62,974 nt of DNA, filler included, from Globobulimina sp. (GCA_003354225.1; 26 parts of 26 records of this genome joined end to end with filler, not necessarily neighbours in it); one strand, 5' to 3'; counted from the whole stretch's first letter, positions 1-12,040 are shown. Made by a program: numbers and translations. Notes: a model not told the origin generated them from the letters alone.

Positions 1-2022
1 ATTGAAGTACATGTCGATATATATATCCATAAAACAAGTATTCCGGCCACCTCTACAACAATATCGCTCCCGACAGGAGGCCGCGTGGCGAGGCAAATTC
101 TTGTCCAACTCGCCCTTTTTGCCTCTGCCAGAGCCGCCTTTGCCGGACGACTCCAACGATTTCCATTTGCTGTTATGATAATCGATATTGCCCTCGGATA
201 GCTTCTTTAAAACTTGCCAGACTTTGTTCCTGTCGCCGTCGCGGATATCTTGTTCTAATAAATTAAAATCAGTGACATGGAAGTCCTCAATGATGAATAT
301 CGGCGGATAGTTAATCAAACACGCCATCAAACAGAAGGCTTCCAAGTGGGATTCGCCATGGTTTGCGTTCAATTGTTTGATGAACGCTTTCATTGACTCT
401 CTGTAGCTCGCATTGTCTAAATCGATGCTTTCGGTGTAACATAACGGCGATGTCACGAACGGATAGAATTTGTTGGTGTTATCACTCGAATGCCGTAATA
501 GTGGATAGGGCAAATGCTGCGTGTATTTGTTATCTGACAAATAGTGTTTTGGTGTTGGAAGGTATCGATTAATGCTGAATCGGTCATACACACTTTTCCC
601 AAAGCGATCGGTCAATCGCTGGGCATAGAAATCGCGACGAATGAAATCCTCACTTTTGATCAAAGTGACTCGCAAAATAAAGCAGTTCTGCATAATATCT
701 TGCAAATATAAGCAAGGAATGTGCTTATCGCCGGGAACAATGTACGACACAAACTCCTCATTGATATCCGTCGGCTGTCTGCGAGCTGCGGCCATGCCAA
801 CAATTTTGCGATTGTTCGGATTGGTCCATAGTTGTGTGTCATTCCCAAAATCCACGTTTTTCTCCATTTGCGGGTGATATTTATACGGACATTGCTGCCG
901 TCGATACTTCTCACAGTAGCCTTTAATGCGAACATGAGGGCAAATCTCGCGCGATTTGTGAATGTCAGTGATGATATCTTCATCATTACTCTTCATATAA
1001 TTCCTATTATGCTTCTTCTCCATTTTATGCACTGATTCTATATAATCCGCATCGACTAAGTCCTCGTCGAAATACTCTCCGCCGGCACCGGCCGTAATGC
1101 GCTGTTCATGGCGCCAATTCATAACAAAGTCGTCATCGCTGTCCGGTGCCACACTTTTACTGTCGACGCTGTCACACTTTTTCTCCTCATCATACGACGC
1201 ATATTTCTTCCGCAGCCGCTCTGCATCGCTCTTAATTTCAGTGGCAATGAATCCATATTGATAAAAAGTGGGCAGCTCACACAGCGAAAAGTCGATGACC
1301 AGACATTCAGCGTTTTCTTCGAGTATGTAATTCTCCACATTTTCGCGGGAAAGTTCGAATCTTTCCACAATCGGAGGCGGCAATTGGTATAAGGCATGCT
1401 TTTTATTTCGCGGGTCTGAGTATGGCTGATCGTACACAAAAAAAGAAACAAATTTCGGATGGTACATATTCATCGAAACGAGGCCATTCCACCGCGAGAT
1501 GCAGCGCGATTTGGTGCGAGTGTGCGTTGGGTCCAAGTCCTGATGGATTGGCCTCTGCAGTACGCAGGCATTCATGGCAAAGGCGTTGCGATACACGAAC
1601 TTGTCGCCTTGGGCGAACTTGATGGGTATGAGCTGGAGCTCAAACTGTTTGTTGTTGTGCTGGTTCTTGGCGTAGACGCATTTCAGGAAGAACATCAATG
1701 CTAATTCCTGCAGTTGGAATATGAGTTTGATGGTATGGTCAGACTGCAACTCGATCCTTTCGACTTCGTTTGGATGGAATAAGCGTTGTTGGAAATAAAA
1801 ATAAAAAATGACATCTGATGTGGTAAGTAATGTTGATTTCAAATTTTGTGAGATGAGCTTGAGGATAAAGGTTCTGTTTTCCTCTGCCCATTTGGGGAAC
1901 TTTCTGAAAGTGTTTTTATTTGGAAGGTTATAAACATAACAAACATAGGATATGTATGATGACGGAACTGGTATTTGCGACCCATGGTTTAAATAACGGG
2001 TTAGTCTGTTTACTTCAAAAAA
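1..2022 (-). CDS. Large uncharacterised protein (>670 codons, partial) with a CCCH-like zinc finger
   Basis: Manual minus-strand translation is open from 2022 to the window edge, so it is absent from the ORF track. Contains CPHVRIKGYCEKYRRQQCPYKYH (942-874), RNP2-like CYVYNLP and C-terminal CRERYCCRGGRNTC. Confidence 0.8.
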
Positions 2023-2328
2023 TCATCTTCATGTAGTTGACAGCATGTTTATTGACAGAATGACGGTCCTGAAAGAAGATGAATTGCTGTTGGTTTTTCC
2101 GACATTATTGTGCGGATTCTTATCATTGTTTGCAACTATCTTTACATGTTACACAGCATTTATCATTTCGTGCAGAAGAAGAAGATCAACAGTCTCTTGT
2201 CAGGAGACAGCAACATTTGCAATTTATCAAGGCATGATGGCACTGAATGATATTTCCATCAGTGTTTGGATCATATTCTGTTGGATACCTCCAACGTTGA
2301 ACCAATTTGAATTTTACAGTGAGATCGG

Positions 2329-2428
2329 NNNNNNNNNNNNNNNNNNNNNNNNNNNNNNNNNNNNNNNNNNNNTTAATTAATTAANNNNNNNNNNNNNNNN
2401 NNNNNNNNNNNNNNNNNNNNNNNNNNNN
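2329..2428. other. Artificial contig linker (first of 25 such spacers)
   Basis: 44 N + TTAATTAATTAA + 44 N, recurring every ~2,426 bp. The core has stops in all six frames. Flanking contigs decrease steadily in length from 2328 to 2324. Confidence 0.99.
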
Positions 2429-2769
2429 AAGTCGCACGTTTGGTAATGCTATAAACCAATAAGAAGCCTTCTGCTTCGCGCATCCATGCATCCCGCAATG
2501 CGGCAAAGTCGTCCTGGCCCGCTGTGTCCAATACGTCTAAAGTGCGAAAATGCGTATTAACCACATACTAAATGATACAGGCACATACCAAGCATCACGG
2601 ATTTGCCATCAAGATCACATTGTTTCCGATAGGAATCCTCAATGGTTGGATCATACTCTTCTAAAAAGTCATCACTTACTAAGCGTATGGTCAATGCGCT
2701 TTTGCCAACACCGCCGCCGCCTAACACTACAATCTTATATTCCTGGATCTTATGTTGTTGCGGTTGCAT
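2429..2769 (-). CDS. RAS: Ras-family small GTPase, 5' part, one intron
   Basis: [17 protein letters not shown] (G1), [11 protein letters not shown] (effector loop), DVLDTAGQ (G3). Exons join across a 52-nt GTATGT...TTAG intron (2588-2537). Truncated by the contig end. Confidence 0.95.
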
Positions 2770-2889
2770 TTGATGATAACGATAGCTGCTGAGACTAAGC
2801 GAGCTTTCAACCTCCAATGTGTTTAAAAGCCCATGTACTAAATACAGCAAATATTAATAGAAAACAGTCTGCAGTCTTCTGCTCAAACC

Positions 2890-4122
2890 ATGGCACAAAG
2901 ATCAAAAGCAACACGCAAACGTCCCAAATCAAAGAAACTATTGAAACAGTTTTCAACTTTATCGGAAGGCACCTTACACTCTCCCTCCTTGTCGCTGTGC
3001 TTAGAACTAGTTTCCAAATTGTATCACCGACATATAATATTACGAGATGGCTGTCATGAATCGCGGCGAGACATGGAATGGGAGGACAAGTTTGATATTG
3101 ACAATTTCCTATCGGCGCGATACAATACGTACATGACCTATCCCTTGACCTATATCGGTGGCGCATATATATTCAAACAGGAACGCAAGAGATCGGTAAT
3201 GAAAATACCGACGTTTGAGACGATCAATACTTTCTTAATTGGCATCTTTGCCAAATTGCACCTCAACGTTGAATCGTCGATCGTGTCATTGATATATACG
3301 GAGCGATTGATGGACAAACGGCATATATCGGTGACATTACGTAACTGGCGACCGGTGCTAATCGCGTCGATATTGACCGCCTCCAAAGTATGGGACGACT
3401 TAAGTTCATGGAATATAGAATTCAGCAATTTACTGCCGATATTATCCTTGTCCAATATCAACAAATTAGAAGGGATCTATTTGCAGGCTTTGCAATATGA
3501 TTTATATATATCCTCATCAGAGTATGCCCGATATTATTTTGCTTTGCGTGGCCTCAAAAATACCAAAACGTTGCATATCCCGCGCTATTATTTGGATATG
3601 AAAATTGCGAAAAATAATAATTATAAGGAACATTCCATGTCGTTATCGCGCAAAACAAAAAGTTTGGAGAAGAAATCCATAATGAAGCATGCACAGAAGT
3701 TGGTATTGAATATTAATGCGTCGCAGGAGAGAATTGAGGAAAATTCCATTGAAGAGGCCAAATATCCGGCGATGGATAACAATTTAAGCCATTCCATGCT
3801 GTCCAATGTGTCCAATGTGTCAAATGTATCGAATTTGGGCGATGCGCAATTAACTTCCAGCTCGGAGTCGGATAAAAGTGGCGGTTCAAGCAGTCATATT
3901 GGAATAAACAATGTAAAGTTAAATCAAGTTATAAAAGAAGAGGAGGAAATTGATCAATTTAATTATAACGAGAAACAATTGAATGGTAATTATGACATAG
4001 CAGACATACCGAGGAGCAAAGCAATGATATTGAAACCAAAAGAAAAGAACGAAAATCCATCACAACAATTGCCATCGTATAGTATGCCCCCAACGTTGCA
4101 AACTATTCGGCCGATTAATTAA
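2890..4122 (+). CDS. Cyclin Y-like cyclin
   Basis: Cyclin box SLIYTERL...NWRPVLIASILTASKVWDD...INKLEGIYLQALQYDLYISSSEYARYYFALR closely follows the cyclin Y consensus. Low-complexity C-terminus. Confidence 0.88.
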   Translation: MAQRSKATRKRPKSKKLLKQFSTLSEGTLHSPSLSLCLELVSKLYHRHIILRDGCHESRRDMEWEDKFDIDNFLSARYNTYMTYPLTYIGGAYIFKQERKRSVMKIPTFETINTFLIGIFAKLHLNVESSIVSLIYTERLMDKRHISVTLRNWRPVLIASILTASKVWDDLSSWNIEFSNLLPILSLSNINKLEGIYLQALQYDLYISSSEYARYYFALRGLKNTKTLHIPRYYLDMKIAKNNNYKEHSMSLSRKTKSLEKKSIMKHAQKLVLNINASQERIEENSIEEAKYPAMDNNLSHSMLSNVSNVSNVSNLGDAQLTSSSESDKSGGSSSHIGINNVKLNQVIKEEEEIDQFNYNEKQLNGNYDIADIPRSKAMILKPKEKNENPSQQLPSYSMPPTLQTIRPIN

Positions 4123-4380
4123 TTGATAATTAATTAAATATTTGTTCATATATTAACATATTTGATATTTTGCGCTCGATTTAATTTTTAGGTCTATTAA
4201 ACCAACTAAGTTACCTTCGGTTTAATACTGAAGGTGTGTGTTTTCGTTTAATTCTATTTTACGTTCACTAGGTCAGTAAATGGGTGCGAAAAACGTGAAG
4301 TAAAGGTACTTTTACTGGCCTTTTTTGGATAAATTTTATTGTCTAAGTATATTAGTACTTATTGCTTATTTGTTCATTGA

Positions 4381-4756
4381 TTAACAATATTTTTCATAAT
4401 TCCATAAACCATCCATAGTTAATGTCATATTTTTTATATGCACACATATCCGGATATCATACTCGAGTAACAATTGAATTTGTAAATCTTTATCATATTT
4501 GCCTCTCGTTGCATGGCGTTTGGATTGCCCGATTATATCCAAATTATGTTCAAATAAATATGATAATAACCTATCATTATTAATACCAAGTTGTTTTAAG
4601 AAATATAGTATACTCTCATTATAATTATAATCATGAAACCATTCAAATCGTAAAAATAACAGCCATTTATAATTATTATTGTGTTTAATATGTTGATACA
4701 TATTTAAATGTAATGGATATTCACAATTAACAAATCTTGTAAATTCCAAATACAGT
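4381..4756 (-). CDS. Hypothetical protein, 3' fragment
   Basis: Frame open from the contig end to the stop at 4381. No recognised motif. Confidence 0.45.
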
Positions 4757-4856
4757 NNNNNNNNNNNNNNNNNNNNNNNNNNNNNNNNNNNNNNNNNNNN
4801 TTAATTAATTAANNNNNNNNNNNNNNNNNNNNNNNNNNNNNNNNNNNNNNNNNNNN

Positions 4857-5830
4857 CCCATGGAATATTCTATGATAACATTAATAATTTTCATCTCCAA
4901 ATCCTTGCATCCATTCATCAATGCTTTGCAAATATTATTTCTTTCCCTTGCCACCATACACATTTTGCAAAACGCTTCCGAACCACATCCTAATTTATCA
5001 CAAAAATAATTATTGCACAATGTATAATTTTTGCACAAATGTAAATTAAGTCTAGACAGCCGAGCCAAACACGTACAGCATTTGTGATGATTGAAGCATA
5101 TACGCTCTGTATCACTGTATCGACAATATTTTGCTTTGCATCTTTGTGTGGCACAAATGCCGCATGAAAATCTTCGATATCTGCCCGCTACCTGGACCGC
5201 ATTACATTTTTCTACTACATATTTGTCACAAAATTGATCTTCAACGTTACAGTAAGTGTACTTTTTTTTATTGCGCCAGAATTCTGATTCGTTACCAATA
5301 ATAATCTGATTATTACAGTTATGAATGTTATTTGAACAGTTTATGACAAATCCAACGGAATACTCTGCTATTATTTGAATAATATCATAATATAATATGT
5401 CAATGTTTGCATTTTCAATTGCTGTGGTTATTGGTTTTAATTCACAGTCCTTACATTTGATGGTGTAATTTCGATATTTTGCATACTTATTATTCAAAAT
5501 CATGCATTGATTACAGGCCGTGTGTCTATGTAACTTGCTTATTGATGATATTTGTGAAGGTAAGCTTAACCATTCAGTTTTAGCATTATATTCAATTTGC
5601 AACAGATACCCAACCTTCTTTTTGTTAACAAAAGTCACTCGATTTTTAACTGTACCAACGCACCACAATGCATATGACTGATATGTTTGCGATTTGTAAC
5701 GTACATCTAATTCATCACCTTTTTTTAATGACTTTGCCCATAACATTATGGCTAAATGTGAAAACGAACATTCAGGATTTTCTTCCACTTCAAGCAAAAG
5801 CATACCGTCGTCTTTGTGGATCATAGACAT
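4857..5830 (-). CDS. Cys-rich hypothetical protein with Tudor/Agenet-like N-terminal domain (partial)
   Basis: LKKGDELDVRY...WCVGTVK...LQIEYNAKTEWL resembles a Tudor-like barrel. Many CxxC pairs. Two DII..I.EYS-like helices. Confidence 0.7.
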
Positions 5831-6114
5831 AGTTTGTGAGACAACAGTTTTGTGCTAAATCTATAAAAATTATAAGTATCTGTATTGGTAATTGCTAAAA
5901 AAGAGATATGCTAATCCTAGACATGCATCAAAGCATAAATAGCATGATAGCAGAGATAATAAAGCATTTGTTTGATACATACAGATCATATACATACAAG
6001 CATAGCATCGCACCCTCTGTTCTATGCTATTCATCTAAGATAATCCAAACGATTAAAAATTACATTTATATATATATCAAATTATATAAAATACATAGTA
6101 TTAAATTAAGTATA

Positions 6115-7119
6115 ATGGCTGACACAATTCAGCTGAATATCCAGCAACTTATGGTATTATCAAAAAAATATGAAAAAGAAGTGCCATTCAAACAGTTTTA
6201 TACAACATCTCAGAATGATTCAATTTTGAGCGAAGCAGAAGTCATCAAAAACATTGACAATAAAATTAAATCCATTTTGGAAAATGTTCTCAATGATTTT
6301 TTAGATTTAGATATTGCATTCATACAAATACATAAATTAATTATGTACGCCACCGAAGATATGGACGGCTTATTTCCAAACTCAAATTTGCATCGACTTT
6401 CTGCTATGGCTTATTATAAATTGTTAATGCATTTTATTATTTTTGCTTGTTGTTTAGGCACAAAATATACAAAATGTATCGTATTGGATGAGACTGATGC
6501 GGCCTATCAAAATAGTGAAATATTACGATTTTGCATCAATGAATTTCTCCCAAAAGTGACCAGCAAACATATTAATTATCAACAATGCAATCAAGCTCGT
6601 GATCCAATCATAAGTGCGTTAAACAATTGTCCCTCAATCCAATCATTTAAATATTTCCCTCAATCCATATCTGAATTAATTGCAGATTTTGTTGAGTTCA
6701 AATTTGAGGAATTTTTTGTGACTTTGTCGGTCTTTTTTAAATCTTTGGAAGAATCGCAAGTTAGGACTCGGATATTACTCCGACGGTTATGGCGATGGTA
6801 TGGTTTTAAGGCAGGCCGAGCAACGTATTTTGTACCAAAATTACTTTTGTCCAAAGCATTTATTTCGATAACAGATGATGAGAAATTAAAGGCAAATTTG
6901 GAGTATTTTGCAGATAATGTTTTTACAAAATCATTAGCAACAAAGCATACGACACATTATCAATTTATGTCGCTTTGGGGGAAATTTATGTTGTTGGCTT
7001 CCAACATTTACTGTTGGCTTCTTTGGATTGTACTCTTATTGATTTTATTAGCATATTTCGTGTATTTTGCAGTGTACCAAAAGCATTTATTCACCTTTTT
7101 ACGGGATCCGGAATATTGA
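6115..7119 (+). CDS. Hypothetical protein with C-terminal transmembrane anchor
   Basis: Probable start MADTIQ at 6115. Hydrophobic IYCWLLWIVLLLILLAYFVYFAVY near the C-terminus. Confidence 0.7.
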   Translation: MADTIQLNIQQLMVLSKKYEKEVPFKQFYTTSQNDSILSEAEVIKNIDNKIKSILENVLNDFLDLDIAFIQIHKLIMYATEDMDGLFPNSNLHRLSAMAYYKLLMHFIIFACCLGTKYTKCIVLDETDAAYQNSEILRFCINEFLPKVTSKHINYQQCNQARDPIISALNNCPSIQSFKYFPQSISELIADFVEFKFEEFFVTLSVFFKSLEESQVRTRILLRRLWRWYGFKAGRATYFVPKLLLSKAFISITDDEKLKANLEYFADNVFTKSLATKHTTHYQFMSLWGKFMLLASNIYCWLLWIVLLLILLAYFVYFAVYQKHLFTFLRDPEY

Positions 7120-7284
7120 AAAATTGTGGAGTTGTTTTATTATGAATATTATTTTTTTTTTACGTACTTTGTTAAATATAAATCNNNNNNNNNNNNNNNN
7201 NNNNNNNNNNNNNNNNNNNNNNNNNNNNTTAATTAATTAANNNNNNNNNNNNNNNNNNNNNNNNNNNNNNNNNNNNNNNNNNNN

Positions 7285-7672
7285 CATCCCACGATCTCTT
7301 TTTTTTATTCTTATTCTTATTTTCATTCGCATCAATTTTGTTTAATACATCAATGATTGAATTAATATCCGCACCACGCACATTACCAATTTGCTTTGCT
7401 TTATGAATTAATATAAAGGTCGGCATTGCAGTTATTCCATATTCCTCAGATATAGCTCCTAATTTATCAACGTCTACTTTCACAAATTGAATATCTTTAT
7501 ACGTATTGCTTAATTCCTCTATTTTTTGTGCTGCTTTGCGACACGGACCACACCACGTTGCGTAAAAATCAATTAACAATGCTTTAGAAGCAGTATTTTC
7601 CACATGTTTCTTAAATTCCTTCTCTGTTCCAATATCAATCACATTGCGAAGTGCCATTGTTTCTGAAGCCAT
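7285..7672 (-). CDS. TRX: Thioredoxin (C-terminal extension truncated)
   Basis: IDFYATWCGPC active site, FVKVDVD, ITAMPTF cis-Pro loop, VRGAD. Confidence 0.95.
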
Positions 7673-7700
7673 AATGTTTATCAACGAAAATCTTTACATC

Positions 7701-8861
7701 ATGAAGTTCTCAAAACGAAGGTGGCAATGCTTTACAATTAGTCTCATGATAATGCTTTTGTTAACCCAGCTGTTTCAATTAGATCTAATAATCACACCTG
7801 AATTATCAACAACTATAGCAACGGACGTTGTTATTAACCGAAACATATTGAAAAACAGGAAATGCATTGATATTTTCTTATGTTGTGATGAAATCTCAAG
7901 ACCCGGCTTATATACGTTAGTCAACTCAATCATTATCAATCATCACTTCATTATGGATGAATATCTCTATTTCCACATCTTAGTTGAATCAAATACTAAT
8001 CTCTATTTAGCTGAATTTCAACAATTATTTCAAAACTTTATTCAAAATCCCTCCATATCCGTACTGTATGAATTCAAATCGTTTGTAGACTATAAATCTT
8101 TCTATGCATTTTTTAACGATTATCATCGCAATGATGTGAGTTCACATAATATTGGAAATCAATATATATTCCAGATCATGAATTATGCGCGTTTTTATTT
8201 GCCGGAAATATTTGAAAACGTGGTCGGTAATGCCATCTACTTAGATATTGATATGATTTGTTTGAATGACATTTCTTTAATGTATTATCATAATAATAAT
8301 AAGTGTCCATTGCATGCTGTGTTTAATTCAAATTATAAAGAACTATTTTATATGAATGATACTGTCGGATTGCAATTATTAGGAATTGATTTGGAGAAAG
8401 ATGTTGCATTTAATGCCGGCGGACTGGTGTATAATATGAGCTATTGGAGAGCAAATAAGTTGACATCCAAATATGAATACATTATGAAACTAAATAAACA
8501 ACAAAAACATGATATCTTTAACCTGGGAACACAGCCAATTATGAATGTGCTGTACAAAGATGTAAACAGTCAAAGGTGTGGACTACAGAAATGGTGGAAT
8601 TTCATTGGTTTGGGGAGTGATCGGATTGGCGGTGCTTATTGGCAAAGAGTTAAAAACAGAGCAAATATATTGCATTGGACAGGTGCAAGTAAGCCATGGA
8701 TGAAATGTAGAAAAACACCAATCGGGCGTTGCAAATGGACACATAAAGATTTTTGGAGACAATATCTACCAAAACAGTTTAATAAGCACATTATTCAAAA
8801 TTGGAATGATGAGTGGAATTTTTACGATGGAGACTTTGAGTCTTTGATCACAGCATACTGA
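7701..8861 (+). CDS. Glycosyltransferase family 8 (GATL/GLT8D-like), type II membrane protein
   Basis: N-terminal signal anchor, NYARFYLPEIF, YLDID (DxD), FNAG, LGTQPIMN, ILHWTGASKPW. Confidence 0.92.
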   Translation: MKFSKRRWQCFTISLMIMLLLTQLFQLDLIITPELSTTIATDVVINRNILKNRKCIDIFLCCDEISRPGLYTLVNSIIINHHFIMDEYLYFHILVESNTNLYLAEFQQLFQNFIQNPSISVLYEFKSFVDYKSFYAFFNDYHRNDVSSHNIGNQYIFQIMNYARFYLPEIFENVVGNAIYLDIDMICLNDISLMYYHNNNKCPLHAVFNSNYKELFYMNDTVGLQLLGIDLEKDVAFNAGGLVYNMSYWRANKLTSKYEYIMKLNKQQKHDIFNLGTQPIMNVLYKDVNSQRCGLQKWWNFIGLGSDRIGGAYWQRVKNRANILHWTGASKPWMKCRKTPIGRCKWTHKDFWRQYLPKQFNKHIIQNWNDEWNFYDGDFESLITAY

Positions 8862-8929
8862 CTACATAACATTCTTTCTGAACGGATAAAATTACATAAT
8901 ACTACCAAACATTTCCAGTAAAGTCGATC

Positions 8930-9592
8930 ATGGCAGAATCAAAGTCTACGTTTATATGGAAGATCCCTCGATTTACAGACGATGAAGTTGATTATATTTG
9001 TAACGGTTACATTAGAAACGAGTCTAATATTTATGTGCCCATAGACGTTATAAATGTATGCAAAAATTATTACAAAAATGATTTTAAATTAAATGGCTCT
9101 CTGTCACCCAAAGACGCTGCTCATTTTAAAAGCGGCATGTTTGCATATAATGGAATAAAATTTTACATGACATTTGAGAAAGGACAAACTAAAGACACTT
9201 TATTTGATACCTCTTCTGAATGGAACATAATAATCCCGTATTTACCTAAGAATATCTCCAAAATTGATATACTTTGTCGTAACACTGTGACATATAAACA
9301 AAAATCCACACTCAACAACAAAATCACCATGAATAAATTTTTAAAATATGATAAAGTGCACACGGAAACATTTGGTACTCCAGAAAACAATGACGATGAT
9401 GCAGACAAACCTGAAATGAAAATAACTGACTGTTTCACTCTCACCGATATGCAGTCTCATATATATTCCTTCTCATTGGCTATTAATACGCTCCTTAAAT
9501 ATGATAATAATAAACAATTAATCGAAGAAAACAAAAATGGGGATATTAAAATGGCAGAGACACATTTTGTAACTGATGATTTATATTCGTGA
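8930..9592 (+). CDS. Hypothetical protein with GYIR...VP.DVI motif and MATH-like region
   Basis: 220-aa ORF. FIWKI and FKSGMFAYNGIKFYM are reminiscent of MATH beta strands. Confidence 0.7.
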   Translation: MAESKSTFIWKIPRFTDDEVDYICNGYIRNESNIYVPIDVINVCKNYYKNDFKLNGSLSPKDAAHFKSGMFAYNGIKFYMTFEKGQTKDTLFDTSSEWNIIIPYLPKNISKIDILCRNTVTYKQKSTLNNKITMNKFLKYDKVHTETFGTPENNDDDADKPEMKITDCFTLTDMQSHIYSFSLAINTLLKYDNNKQLIEENKNGDIKMAETHFVTDDLYS

Positions 9593-9712
9593 GGTGGGTA
9601 TGTTTGCAATATNNNNNNNNNNNNNNNNNNNNNNNNNNNNNNNNNNNNNNNNNNNNTTAATTAATTAANNNNNNNNNNNNNNNNNNNNNNNNNNNNNNNN
9701 NNNNNNNNNNNN

Positions 9713-10862
9713 CTGGATGTCAGCGGCGGCGTTCCTATGGATGTGCAGCTTGTTATTACTCTCTATTTTCTCCTCATCGTCGTTTATATTCATATGCTCC
9801 TCCTGTTCATAGTCGTTCTTACACTCACTCCCTTTCTTATTCTTATTGCTGCCCTTCTCCGCGAGCTCTATATTGGGCAACACGCCGCCATAAATATAGT
9901 CCAACATCAACTTGACCGCCGACGACGGGATGTCCTCAATTCTGACCTGCGAGTTTTTTTTCTCTTGCATGTCGTTCTCAAACATGGCCTGAAACACCGG
10001 CGACGACGACATTAATATGGCGCGATGCACTGAGAATGTCACATCGTCCCTGTTCTGCTCAAGTACCACCACTGTGCAATCGCAGCCAATTTCGTTCTCA
10101 AACAGCTGTAAAATGCGATTTTGCGTGGTATATATGCATAATCTGACATATATGACATACCATTTTGAACTTGTTTTGATAGCCAGCATTCACCGCAGTG
10201 GTTGGCGGCGATTTCACCACAAATTTGCTGTTGAATTCCTTCTGTTGTTGGTTCTTCTGATTCATAGAGGCTTCGTCCAATAATTCGATCAAAGGCTTCC
10301 AGTTCGCTAAGACTGAGGGCCGGCAACCCGCCCATTTGTAGGCTTGGAGGAAATCGATGGCCACGTCCAACACCATTTTGTTTTGGAAGGAGACGGTCTT
10401 TTTCTCCCGGTTCGGGTTATCGGGGCCGTTTTGCTGCCCGTTTGGTAGTGGTTTCTTGTCCAACACATTGATGGCCACTGCGCCATCCGGACAAGGTTGG
10501 TTGACGTCGGAGGAGTGATCTAATAATAAGCGCACGATTCGCAAGGTGTCTTCGGGTGGATATTGGTTGTATTTATACAAACACGCATGTAACGCGGTCC
10601 ATCGGTCTTCGGGACAGATTAAGTTGGCATGGACGTATTTGCGACGCGAGCCAGTCAATAATAATTTGACTAAATGATAGTCTCTGTCGTATATGGCTTT
10701 GAAGAACTGTCGCCGCGCACTGTCGGCAGTCAAGCGTTCGATGCGCGATTCCTGGTCGCCTTGCTCTTCTACAAATTGTACCAGACGTTGTAAGAAGACA
10801 TCCTTCTTTTCGGGTGGCACTGTTTGCATTATTCTGTTCATTAAATCTGTGTCGTTCATCAT
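9713..10862 (-). CDS. Ankyrin-repeat + BTB/POZ protein (partial), one intron
   Basis: Ankyrin motifs WTALHAC and IVRLLLDHSSDVN. A 55-nt intron (10160-10106) joins KFKM|LFENEIGCD to the BTB domain FSVHRAILMSSSPVFQAMF...MLDYIYGG. Confidence 0.9.
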
Positions 10863-11094
10863 GCAACGAGGTCGCAAGTATGGAGAAGACACAAAAGTTT
10901 GAGCTAATTCAAATTATTCAAACAGTTTGTAGAAAAAGAAACAGTTTGTTTGTCTTCATGACCATATTATTAAAAAAAATAATTCCATAATCCGTATACC
11001 TATGACCGTACGTTGTATCATACCGTGTAGACATATAATAATTAGATATTAGAGTGAGAATTTTTATCTTTCGAAAACAGTTTTTGGGCCGATA

Positions 11095-12040
11095 ATGTCA
11101 ATAGAGGAATGGAAACAGAATTATTATTGGATAATGGTATCAATAGTCCTTTGGAGTTCGATGACTGTTATAGTGTCAATGCTGTTCATTATTGAAATGA
11201 AAATATTTTACGACAGATTTCGCCATAAAATCCATAGTCAAGTAGAATTACCAAGAATTCAATCAAAACGCAATCATCGTGAAAAAGTGCCACGTGACTC
11301 GTCAGCATCAAATCCATCTGCGATGACCAAACAACGGAGCATCACTGAAGAAGATCGTAAAAAAATTAAAACCAAATTGGTTTACATTTTTCCAATGCTT
11401 TCATATATTTTCTATGTCATATTTGGAGCACTTTCTGTTTTATTCAAGCTCAATCTGCTGATGTTTGAAGGATGCAAATATGGCGAATATATGGGTGTTA
11501 TCTTTACAACGGCGCGATTATTTATGTATTTTGTATTCATTTGGAGGTTATACATTGTTTATACAGACTCGTTTTTTGCATATAACACCTGTCTAATAAT
11601 TGCAATGGCCATCATTGTTGTTGTATGGGGATATTTGAATGCCTTCTTCAATGTATTAACAACGAAAAATGATATATTACTCAGTAATGGTTATACATAT
11701 TGCACCATAATTATGTATTTCCCTATGGTGGTAAGCACTGTTTTATATGATATGGCAACCTGCATTTTCTGTTGTTACTTATTTATAAGACCATTATTGA
11801 AATTAAATGATATGAACAACAGCAGCGACAATATATTTATGAAAGATTTGATTGCTAAATACACGATTTTGACATTTGTTGCCGTCATATCTACGCTAAT
11901 TACATTTATTGCAGTAGGACTAATAGAATTAGCTGGTTTGGTAGCTATTGATTCTGTATTTAATTGTTTCTGTATTTTCCTATTTAACAACAAGTATCTA
12001 AAATATTACAAGTGTTTATGCTGTGGCGCTATTTGTATAG
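11095..12040 (+). CDS. Seven-transmembrane, GPCR-like membrane protein (3' truncated)
   Basis: About seven hydrophobic segments, with Cys in two predicted extracellular loops (EGCKY, YTYCT). Confidence 0.7.

Noticed and set aside
641-1704. Short track ORFs on both strands
   Set aside because: They are shadow or antisense frames of the long minus-strand ORF at 1-2022.
3800-3835. 9-nt tandem repeat encoding (SNV)n in the cyclin tail
   Set aside because: Ordinary slippage in a disordered region.
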